Below are positions 20,262 to 28,164 of a DNA stretch of 32,000 nucleotides, piece by piece. Source of the stretch: Candidatus Saccharimonadota bacterium. Its GTDB lineage: Bacteria; Pseudomonadota; Gammaproteobacteria; Enterobacterales; Enterobacteriaceae. A model generated the notes under the pieces. That model ran no database searches. It saw nothing but the letters and a program-made list of their open reading frames with translations, and was not told where the DNA came from. The first letter of the stretch is position 1. Each line of letters starts with the position of its first letter. The stretch is taken from assembly GCF_023585745.1 (NCBI RefSeq), contig NZ_CP097762.1:360001-392000 (forward strand), read 5' to 3'. Position numbers and translations under genes: made by a program.

Positions 20262-21533
20262 ATGAAATCACCTAGAATGAAAAAAAAAATTAGCACTCCT
20301 AAAAATACGTCGAAAATCTTAAACAAATATGACCATCGTATCCTAGCGAAACAATTAAATTTATACCATACACAAATAGATGCTCCAGGCATGATTTTTT
20401 GGCACCCAAATGGGTGGATTTTATTTCAAGAACTAAAAAAATTTATGCGAACACAACTAAAAATATATAAATACCATGAAGTTAAAAGCCCAATGATGAT
20501 TGATCAAAATCTATGGAAAAAAACTGGTCATTGGGACAACTATTACGAGCATATATTTACTACTGATTCGGAAAACCGAAACTTTTGCATCAAACCAATG
20601 AACTGTCCAGGACACATACAAATTTTTAATTACGGTATAAAATCTTATAAAGACTTACCATATCGTATTGCTGAATTTGGTGATTGTCATAGAAATGAAT
20701 CATCAGGATCTTTGCATGGACTCATGAGAACACGATCTTTTACACAAGATGACGGACATATTTTTTGCACAAAAACACAAATATTTGATGAATTAAACTA
20801 TTGTATTGAAATGATGTATAATGTATACAAAATATTTGGTTTTAAAACTGTACTGGTTAAATTATCTACTCGTCCATTAAAACGCATAGGGACAGATGCT
20901 ATCTGGGATGAAACCGAAAAATATTTATACCAAGCATTAAAACATAATAATATTAAATTTCAATACCAACCGAACGATGGTGCTTTTTATGGCCCTAAAA
21001 TAGAATTTATTCTATTAGATTCACTAAATAGAACTTGGCAATGCGGTACTATACAGTTAGATTTTTCTTTACCAAATTTATTGCACACACATTACATAAA
21101 TTCTGAAAATATCAAATTAGCACCTATAATGATTCATAGAGCAATATTAGGATCCATGGAAAGATTCATTGGTTTAATAATAGAAGAATATGGAGGTTTT
21201 TTCCCAACATGGCTAGCTCCAGTACAAGTTGTTATTATCAATGTTACAAAAAAACAAACCCAATATGTATCTGTAATAGAAAAAAAATTAATAAATAAAA
21301 AAATAAGAACTCAAGTAGACTTGAGAAACGAAACAATAGGATTTAAAATTCGGTATTATACCTTGTTACGTATTCCTTATATACTAATCTGTGGAAATAC
21401 AGAAATGGAAAAAAATACAATCACTATACGTACTTACAAAGGAAAAAACATAAAAAATTATGATATAAATAATTTTATTAAAAAATTACTATGTGAAATT
21501 AACAATTATAATTTGTATACAATGGAGGAATAG
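20262..21533 (+). CDS. thrS: Threonyl-tRNA synthetase, catalytic core plus anticodon-binding domain only (N-terminally truncated ORF of 423 aa, versus 642 aa in E. coli)
   Basis: From YDHRILAKQLNLYH onward the ORF is colinear with E. coli ThrRS from about residue 240 to 642. The zinc-ligand contexts are kept (KPMNCPGH, TQDDGHIF, IMIHRAILGSMERF), as are the class II motifs (FGDCHRNESSGSLHGLMRTRSFTQDD), and the C-terminus ends ...MEE. The first ~22 codons are out of the ancestral frame and there is no Shine-Dalgarno sequence, so the actual start is uncertain. Confidence 0.8.
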   Translation: MKSPRMKKKISTPKNTSKILNKYDHRILAKQLNLYHTQIDAPGMIFWHPNGWILFQELKKFMRTQLKIYKYHEVKSPMMIDQNLWKKTGHWDNYYEHIFTTDSENRNFCIKPMNCPGHIQIFNYGIKSYKDLPYRIAEFGDCHRNESSGSLHGLMRTRSFTQDDGHIFCTKTQIFDELNYCIEMMYNVYKIFGFKTVLVKLSTRPLKRIGTDAIWDETEKYLYQALKHNNIKFQYQPNDGAFYGPKIEFILLDSLNRTWQCGTIQLDFSLPNLLHTHYINSENIKLAPIMIHRAILGSMERFIGLIIEEYGGFFPTWLAPVQVVIINVTKKQTQYVSVIEKKLINKKIRTQVDLRNETIGFKIRYYTLLRIPYILICGNTEMEKNTITIRTYKGKNIKNYDINNFIKKLLCEINNYNLYTMEE

Positions 21534-21539
21534 CATATT

Positions 21540-22082
21540 ATTAAACTAGGAAAAAAAAACCAATTAATACGATCTCATCGTATTAATAACGAAATTAAAT
21601 CTAAAAAAATCCGATTAACCGGAGCAGATGGAAAACAAATCGGAGTGGTGAGTTTACATGAAGCACTTAATAAATCCGCAGAAATTGGTTTAGATTTAGT
21701 TGAAATTAGCCCTAATTCTGATCCACCAGTATGCAAGATTATGAATTATGGAAAATTTTTATATGAAAAGAGTAAATCTACAAAAGAACAAAAGAAAAAA
21801 CAAAAAACAATTCATATAAAAGAAATTAAATTTCGACCAAATACTGATGAAGGTGATTATCAAATTAAACTGCGTAACTTGATTAAATTTTTAACCGCAG
21901 GAAATAAAGTAAAAATAACTTTACGTTTCAGAGGAGGTGAATTAGTACATCACCAAATTGGCGCGCAAGTACTATACCGAATACGTCACGAGCTCAATGC
22001 ACTCACAATAGTAGAATTTTTCTCTAATAAAATTGAAGGCCGTCAAATGACCATGATTTTAGCCCCAAAAAAACTAAGATAA
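21540..22082 (+). CDS. infC: Translation initiation factor IF-3, with a non-canonical ATT (AUU) start codon
   Basis: The frame is open back to the thrS TAG (21531-21533). The product [45 protein letters not shown] is colinear with E. coli IF3 ([45 protein letters not shown]) and has the same 180-aa length. GGAGGA at 21524-21529 serves as the Shine-Dalgarno sequence. The ORF-track start at 21645 (GTG) would delete the conserved N-terminus. A second in-frame ATT lies at 21537. Confidence 0.88.
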   Translation: MKLGKKNQLIRSHRINNEIKSKKIRLTGADGKQIGVVSLHEALNKSAEIGLDLVEISPNSDPPVCKIMNYGKFLYEKSKSTKEQKKKQKTIHIKEIKFRPNTDEGDYQIKLRNLIKFLTAGNKVKITLRFRGGELVHHQIGAQVLYRIRHELNALTIVEFFSNKIEGRQMTMILAPKKLR

Positions 22083-22104
22083 CCATCTATGAGAATAGAT
22101 GGTT
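22081..22104 (+). promoter_or_regulatory. Stem-loop straddling the infC stop and lying upstream of rpmI; candidate attenuator or L20 translational-operator element
   Basis: A perfect 9-bp stem, aaccatcta (22081-22089) with tagatggtt (22096-22104), closes the 6-nt loop tgagaa. It lies 53 nt upstream of the rpmI ATG. Confidence 0.35.
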
Positions 22105-22157
22105 ATCTTAATAACTCTATATACAATACAAAACTCAATCAAAAGAGAAGAATATAT

Positions 22158-22355
22158 ATGCCTAAAATTAAAACACATCGTGCGTCTAAAAAACGTTTTA
22201 AGATTACTGCTTCGGGACAATTTAAATTCAAACACGCCTACATGAGGCACATTTTAACTAAAAAATCTACAAAAAATAAACGTTATTTACGTCAAAAATC
22301 TATTCTCTCTAAGATATATTGGTCCACTGTAAAAAAACAACTACCATATCTATAA
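22158..22355 (+). CDS. rpmI: 50S ribosomal protein L35
   Basis: [47 protein letters not shown] is colinear with E. coli L35 (MPKIKTVRGAAKRFKKTG..., 65 aa). The 23 upstream codons in the ORF track are a spurious extension. Confidence 0.93.
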   Translation: MPKIKTHRASKKRFKITASGQFKFKHAYMRHILTKKSTKNKRYLRQKSILSKIYWSTVKKQLPYL

Positions 22356-22421
22356 ATATATACTTATATATAATATTTTTAAATAAATGGAAATTTTACA
22401 AATTTAGGAAGACTATTAAAA

Positions 22422-22781
22422 ATGACACGTGTTAAAAAAAGCGTATCAGCACGCGCCCGGCATAAAAAAATACTAAAAAAAACTGCAGGATATTACGGAG
22501 CTAGATCTAGGACTTATAAAGTTGCTTATCAAGCAGTCATAAAATCTGGTCAATACTCCTATAGAGATCGAAAACAAAAAAAGCGTTTATTTCGTAAATT
22601 ATGGATTAATCGCATCAATGCAGCATCGCGAAACTACGGGATTTCCTACAATAATGTAATAAATGGTCTACACAAATCTGATATTATCATAAACAGAAAA
22701 ATACTAGCCGACATAGCCATGCATGATAAAGAAAGCTTTTCTATATTAATAGAAAAAATTAAAACTAATTTAAAAAATTAA
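22422..22781 (+). CDS. rplT: 50S ribosomal protein L20
   Basis: The 119-aa product [55 protein letters not shown]...LWINRINAA is near-colinear with E. coli L20. An AGGAAG Shine-Dalgarno sequence lies upstream. Confidence 0.97.
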   Translation: MTRVKKSVSARARHKKILKKTAGYYGARSRTYKVAYQAVIKSGQYSYRDRKQKKRLFRKLWINRINAASRNYGISYNNVINGLHKSDIIINRKILADIAMHDKESFSILIEKIKTNLKN

Positions 22782-22952
22782 TTATTTTAAACATTAAAAA
22801 TTTTTTTAAAAATACTTAGTAATCTGTAAAAATTTACATTAACAAAATAAAATTTAATAAAATATGTAATTTCAGTAATTCTAATTTAATACAGGATTAC
22901 TGCATTGTATCAATTATATATAAACATATATGTATTCATATAAATCTATAGG

Positions 22953-23957
22953 ATGCTTATGTTATTAAAAAAAATCGATCAGTTGGTTATCCAAGCGAAA
23001 TCATCTATATTAGAATCTAATAATTTCTCTACTTTAGAAGAGACACGTGTTAAATTTTTGGGTAAAAAAGGACATATACATCAATATTTAAAAACTCTAC
23101 GTCATGTTCCCTCAGAAATACGAATAAAATTGGGAATAAAAATTAATCAAGCTAAAAAAGATATTTACATATTATACACACAACAAAAAAATACCCTAAA
23201 ATTAAATAATATAAAAAATACCTTAGCTCTAAATACATTAGATATTACTCTACCGGGTCGTTTTTCAGAAACAGGCAAAATTCATCCAATCACACATACT
23301 ATAGAGCACATGAAATTTTTTTTCAAAAAATTAGGTTTTTCTATAGAACATGGTCCGGAAATTGAAACAAACTATTTTAATTTTGATGCATTGAACATTC
23401 CTGAACACCACCCTGCAAGAGAAGAACATGATACTTTCTGGTTTGACGAAACACAATTATTACGTACGCATACATCCGGAGTACAAATACGCGCTATGAT
23501 GAAAAACGCTCCACCAATACAAACTATTTCTTTTGGAAAAGTATATCGAAAAGATTATGATCAGCATCATACGCCTATGTTCCATCAAATGGAAGGGTTT
23601 ATAATAGATACTAAAATAAATTTAAGTAACTTAAAAAAAATATTATATGATTTTCTGTATGATTTTTTTAATAAAAATATTATTCTACGCTTTAGACCAT
23701 CTTATTTCCCCTTTACAGAGCCATCTGCAGAAATTGATATTTTAGAAAACAACAAAAAAAAATGGTTGGAAATATTAGGATGTGGAGTAATACATCCCAA
23801 TATATTAGATCATGTTGGAATTAATACAAAACAATTTTCAGGAGTAGCTTTTGGCATTGGAGTAGAAAGAATAACCATGTTATTATACCACTTAAATGAT
23901 ATAAGAACTTTTTTTAAAAATGATTTACAATTTCTTAGACAATTTAAATACCCATAA
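22953..23957 (+). CDS. pheS: Phenylalanyl-tRNA synthetase alpha subunit
   Basis: The 334-aa product contains [76 protein letters not shown] and [11 protein letters not shown]. The second ATG at 22959 has better spacing from the AGGA at 22950-22953 and may be the true start. Confidence 0.95.
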   Translation: MLMLLKKIDQLVIQAKSSILESNNFSTLEETRVKFLGKKGHIHQYLKTLRHVPSEIRIKLGIKINQAKKDIYILYTQQKNTLKLNNIKNTLALNTLDITLPGRFSETGKIHPITHTIEHMKFFFKKLGFSIEHGPEIETNYFNFDALNIPEHHPAREEHDTFWFDETQLLRTHTSGVQIRAMMKNAPPIQTISFGKVYRKDYDQHHTPMFHQMEGFIIDTKINLSNLKKILYDFLYDFFNKNIILRFRPSYFPFTEPSAEIDILENNKKKWLEILGCGVIHPNILDHVGINTKQFSGVAFGIGVERITMLLYHLNDIRTFFKNDLQFLRQFKYP

Positions 23958-23966
23958 AGGTATCTA

Positions 23967-26384
23967 ATGAAATTTAGTGAAATGTGGATACGTCAATGGA
24001 TTAATCCTCCTGTAAACAGCGCTGAATTAGGGGATCAGCTAACTATGGCTGGGCTTAAAGTTACTGAATTACAACCAGTATCTAACAAATTTTATGAAAT
24101 AATTATTGGCGAAATTATAGAATGTAAAACCCATGAAGCTTTACAAAATATATGGATAACAACAGTAAATATTGGAGATATAAAACTATTAAATATTTTT
24201 TGTCAAAAGAAAAATTGCAAAAAAAACATCCGAGTTGCTGTAGCTAAAATTGGAGTGATATTACCAAATGGTAACTACATAAAACCAATAACCATACAAG
24301 GAAAACAATCAGAAGGTATTTTATGTACTTTTGCAGAGTTAGGTATTACGAATATTACTGAAGAAATTATAGAACTACCGAACGATGCGCCCATTGGTCA
24401 AAATTTATTTAATTATTTAAATCTACATGATAATACACTAGAAATTAACATTACTCCAAACCGAGGAGACTGCCTTAGCGTTATTGGCGTATCTAGGGAA
24501 ATAGCAGTTATAAATCAACTTAAACTAAAAAAAATTAAAACATCTGCAGTTATTCCAACGATTAGTGATACTATCCCGATATTTATCGACGTACCAGAGG
24601 TATGCCCACAATTCTTCGGAAGAATTCTAAAAAATATTAATATAAATACCCCAACACCTGTATGGATAACAGAAAAACTACGACGATGTAATATTAATAC
24701 AGTTAATATAGTTATAGATACTATCCATTATGTATTACTGGAATTAGGTCAACCCATTTATATATTTGACTATGAAAAACTTGAAGGTCAACTAATTTGC
24801 ATAAGATTTTCTCAAATTGGTGAAGAACTAGTGTTATCTAATAAAAACAACAAAACATTAAAACTTTTTCCAAACACAATAGTGTTTTGTGACAAAAAAA
24901 AACCACTATCAATCGCTGGAGCAGCTATACCGGATACATATAGCGTTCAACCTACAACACATAATATTATTTTACAATCCGCTTTTTTTTATCCTATAAC
25001 TATAGCCAGACAATCTAAACAATATAATTTACATGATCCTTACTCTTTTCGTTACGCAAGAGGAGTTGATATAAAAATATCCGAAGAAGCTTTAAATCAA
25101 GCTACAAATTTATTAATAAATAACTGTGGAGGACAATCCGGTCCAATCATAAATATAACGAACCATAATTTTTTACCAAAAACAATAAAAATTACATTAA
25201 ATCGATCAAAATTAGATAAATTACTTGGATTTCATATACCTGATCAAAAAATCTCACACATTTTAACGCAACTTGGTTATAAATTTATATTTATAAATGA
25301 TACTTGGACAGTAACAATACCCACTTGGCGATTTGATATATCTATAGAAGAAAATTTAATAGCAGAAATAATACGTATTAATGGATATAATAATATTCCT
25401 AAAAAAACATTTTATCACTATCACTCCAGTACAAATCAAAAATATCATCATAACTTCTCCGATATATCATTATCCAGAGCAAAAACTTTACTTATCGATA
25501 AAGGATATCAAGAAATAATAACATACAGTTTTATAAATCCTAAAATTCAAAAACTATTACACCCAAAACAAACACCTTTAATTTTAAAAAATCCAATTAC
25601 ATCAGAAATGTCGGTTATGAGATTATCTTTATGGACTGGTCTCATAACAACGCTATTATATAATTATAATAGACAGCACAAACAAATTAAACTCTTTGAG
25701 AGCGGTATATGTTTTGTTCCCAAAAATCATTCTAATAAACAAGTAGAACAAAATCTTATGATATCTGGAATACGCTCTGGTCTCAGATTTAATAAACATT
25801 GGGATCTAGGAATATATCCTGTAGATTTTTACGATATAAAAGGTGATGTAGAAGCACTATTAAATATCACTATTAAAATGCATTGTGTAAAATTTAGGGA
25901 ATATACACATCCTGCTCTACAACTTGGACAGAGCGCTGCTATTTACGTAAAAAATATATGTATTGGCTATATTGGAATGATTAATCCTATGATACAAATG
26001 CAACTAAACATACGTCCCAAAATATTAATGTTTGAACTATCATGGAACATGATGAAGCAATGTACATTTTCTGAAGTTCATAATACTATCTCTGTTTCTA
26101 AATTTCCTAAAAATTACCGTGATATTTCCGTAATAATACCCGAAGATATCTGCATAGATTCTATTATTACTGCATGCAAATCGCTTTCTAAAAAAGATAA
26201 AATTATTGACATTCAATTATTTGATATCTATAAAGGCCAGAAAATACCAAAAGGTTTCAAAAGTATTACTATGCAATTATCCATACAAAGTAATACACAT
26301 ACTCTAGAAGAAACAGAAATTTCTGATATAATTAAAAAATGCGCAATAATTTTACAAACACATTTTAACGGCACTATAAGATAA
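23967..26384 (+). CDS. pheT: Phenylalanyl-tRNA synthetase beta subunit
   Basis: The 805-aa product starts [14 protein letters not shown]. It contains [73 protein letters not shown] and the [17 protein letters not shown] (FDX-ACB) domain. It is colinear with E. coli PheT (795 aa). An AAGG Shine-Dalgarno sequence lies 6 nt upstream. Confidence 0.96.
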   Translation: MKFSEMWIRQWINPPVNSAELGDQLTMAGLKVTELQPVSNKFYEIIIGEIIECKTHEALQNIWITTVNIGDIKLLNIFCQKKNCKKNIRVAVAKIGVILPNGNYIKPITIQGKQSEGILCTFAELGITNITEEIIELPNDAPIGQNLFNYLNLHDNTLEINITPNRGDCLSVIGVSREIAVINQLKLKKIKTSAVIPTISDTIPIFIDVPEVCPQFFGRILKNININTPTPVWITEKLRRCNINTVNIVIDTIHYVLLELGQPIYIFDYEKLEGQLICIRFSQIGEELVLSNKNNKTLKLFPNTIVFCDKKKPLSIAGAAIPDTYSVQPTTHNIILQSAFFYPITIARQSKQYNLHDPYSFRYARGVDIKISEEALNQATNLLINNCGGQSGPIINITNHNFLPKTIKITLNRSKLDKLLGFHIPDQKISHILTQLGYKFIFINDTWTVTIPTWRFDISIEENLIAEIIRINGYNNIPKKTFYHYHSSTNQKYHHNFSDISLSRAKTLLIDKGYQEIITYSFINPKIQKLLHPKQTPLILKNPITSEMSVMRLSLWTGLITTLLYNYNRQHKQIKLFESGICFVPKNHSNKQVEQNLMISGIRSGLRFNKHWDLGIYPVDFYDIKGDVEALLNITIKMHCVKFREYTHPALQLGQSAAIYVKNICIGYIGMINPMIQMQLNIRPKILMFELSWNMMKQCTFSEVHNTISVSKFPKNYRDISVIIPEDICIDSIITACKSLSKKDKIIDIQLFDIYKGQKIPKGFKSITMQLSIQSNTHTLEETEISDIIKKCAIILQTHFNGTIR

Positions 26385-26713
26385 ACGCACTAATAAATTA
26401 CAGTTTTAAAAGATAAATCAAACCCAAATAAATAAACTATATTATATTTAATTCAATTAATATTTAAATTTTATTAAAATCTTTAAATAGAATAGAACAC
26501 TAAACACGATAATTTAATTAAAACATTTTTACCAATCTACTAATAAATTAAAAATTTAATATATAAAATCTTTTAACCCATACATAATTTATTAATTTAA
26601 ACAAATCTATAAAATACTGCATTATCTATACCGTTAGATAAAAAACTTAAATTTCATAAATATTCATGCTAACATAATAAGTATGTTTTAAATATCTAAA
26701 ATAAAGGAAAAAA

Positions 26714-27733
26714 ATGTACTCTTTAAGATTATTACTATCTGATTCATATGATCCATGGTTTAATTTATCGTTAGAATCATATATATTCCAAAACATGCCT
26801 AAAAATCAAACTATACTATTTTTGTGGAGAAATCAAAACACAGTGGTTATAGGACGAGCACAAAATGCATGGAAAGAATGTAATACTCGCCGTATGGAAA
26901 GAGACGGCATTAAATTAGCTAGAAGAAGTAGCGGAGGCGGCGCTGTATTTCATGATTTAGGTAACACCTGCTTTACCTTTATGTCAACTCAAGAAAACCA
27001 TGATAAGAAAATATCTACAAAAATAGTGTTAGATGGATTAAATAATATTGGCATACAAGCTAAAATCTCTGGGAGAAACGATCTCGTAATATCTACAAAA
27101 GACGGAGAACGTAAAATTAGTGGTTCTGCCTATCGTGAAACATCTAATGGAGTATTTCATCACGGTACTTTATTATTACATGTAGATATTAATAAACTTA
27201 CTTATTATCTTAATCCAGATTTAAAAAAATTAGAAACTAAAGGTATCTCTTCTATACAATCAAGAATTACTAACCTAAATACAATTCAACCTGATATTAA
27301 CCATCAAAAAATTTGTCAAGGATTAATAGACGCTTTTTTCAAACACTATAAAACACGCACAATACCTGAAACATTGTCTATGAATAATGTTATGCATATA
27401 CCAGATTTCAAAAAACAATTCAATAAACAACAAGATTGGAATTGGAATTTTGGAAACGCTCCAGCATTTACACATCAATTAGATACACGTTTTCACTGGG
27501 GTAATGTAACATTACATTTTGATATAGAGCGCGGAATAATAAGTAGAAGTCATATTTTTACAGATAGTTTAAATCCAGATCTATTAGAAATATTAGCTAA
27601 AAAATTAATAAATACTCCATATAATACTAAAAGCATCAAACAATGTTGTAAACAATGGATAGAAGAAGCATCAACCAAAAATAAAATGGAAACATATGAT
27701 GTTTGCGATTGGTTAATAAAAAGTATATCTTAA
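26714..27733 (+). CDS. lplA: Lipoate-protein ligase A
   Basis: The 339-aa product MYSLRLLLSDSYDPWFNLSLE...LFLWRN.NTVVIGRAQN.WKECNTRRME.DGIKLARRSSGGGAVFHDLGNTCFTFM...KISGSAYRET...FHHGTLLL is colinear with E. coli LplA (338 aa). An AGGA Shine-Dalgarno sequence lies at 26705-26708. Confidence 0.95.
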   Translation: MYSLRLLLSDSYDPWFNLSLESYIFQNMPKNQTILFLWRNQNTVVIGRAQNAWKECNTRRMERDGIKLARRSSGGGAVFHDLGNTCFTFMSTQENHDKKISTKIVLDGLNNIGIQAKISGRNDLVISTKDGERKISGSAYRETSNGVFHHGTLLLHVDINKLTYYLNPDLKKLETKGISSIQSRITNLNTIQPDINHQKICQGLIDAFFKHYKTRTIPETLSMNNVMHIPDFKKQFNKQQDWNWNFGNAPAFTHQLDTRFHWGNVTLHFDIERGIISRSHIFTDSLNPDLLEILAKKLINTPYNTKSIKQCCKQWIEEASTKNKMETYDVCDWLIKSIS

Positions 27734-27893
27734 ACCAATATTACATCTAACATTTAATAGAATTACAATATTAACCTAGAAAGTTACACAAAATCTTATT
27801 CAACTTTATAATAGTATATCATCAACAATAAAATAACCAGTACTTATGATATAGTATACTCATCACACCTAATAAAACATATAATATTTCATT

Positions 27894-27920
27894 TTCCTTG
27901 AAATAAGGAATTTTCTTTTT
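27894..27920 (+). terminator. Candidate rho-independent terminator downstream of lplA
   Basis: The stem ttcctt (27894-27899) with aaggaa (27905-27910) closes the loop gaaat. It is followed immediately by ttttcttttt (27911-27920) and lies about 160 nt after the lplA stop. Confidence 0.45.
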
Positions 27921-28144
27921 AAAAAACACACGTTTCAATATCTATCTTCAAAAAATTTTTAATTATCTTAATAAAACAACCACAATTGTTTGTTTACATT
28001 ACTAAACTATAATATATTTAATAAAAATATTATCATGTAATTACTTCATAATATTACATATCAAATACTATAAATTTATCATCTGTGCACTATTGATAAC
28101 AACCAATAAAATTAATCAAAAAAATTTTTATAATCTTTCATAAC

Positions 28145-28158
28145 AAACCTATAGGTTT
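28145..28158. repeat. Perfect 14-bp palindrome aaacctataggttt immediately upstream of the sufA ATG, covering the only Shine-Dalgarno-like sequence
   Basis: I read it directly from the sequence: positions 28145-28158 are self-complementary. The AGGT at 28153-28156 lies 8 nt from the ATG at 28165. Confidence 0.6.
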
Positions 28159-28164
28159 AGTACC

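Noticed and set aside
22089-22157. The ORF-track N-terminal extensions of rpmI (22089), sufC (30049), ybhL (10496, GTG) and possibly prs (14221).
   Set aside because: Homologous proteins start at the internal ATGs, which for sufC and ybhL also have well-spaced Shine-Dalgarno sequences. The extensions have no homology, and the sufC extension overlaps sufB.
26389-26550. A 12-nt direct repeat, actaataaatta, at 26389-26400 and 26539-26550 in the pheT-lplA spacer.
   Set aside because: It is almost A/T-only and short. A rough estimate gives about one such coincidence per spacer of this size and composition.
26385-26713. An attempt to recognise an ihfA relic by hand translation of the pheT-lplA spacer. 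I made similar attempts for lolB and hemA relics in 15181-15960.
   Set aside because: Only isolated single-residue coincidences turned up, unlike the clear multi-residue islands seen for the thrS N-terminus. A profile search would be needed, so I make no claim.
28020-28050. An ATTATC-containing stretch upstream of sufA, considered as a Fur box.
   Set aside because: Only one hexamer of the 19-bp GATAATGATAATCATTATC consensus matches. That is indistinguishable from background in A+T-rich DNA.
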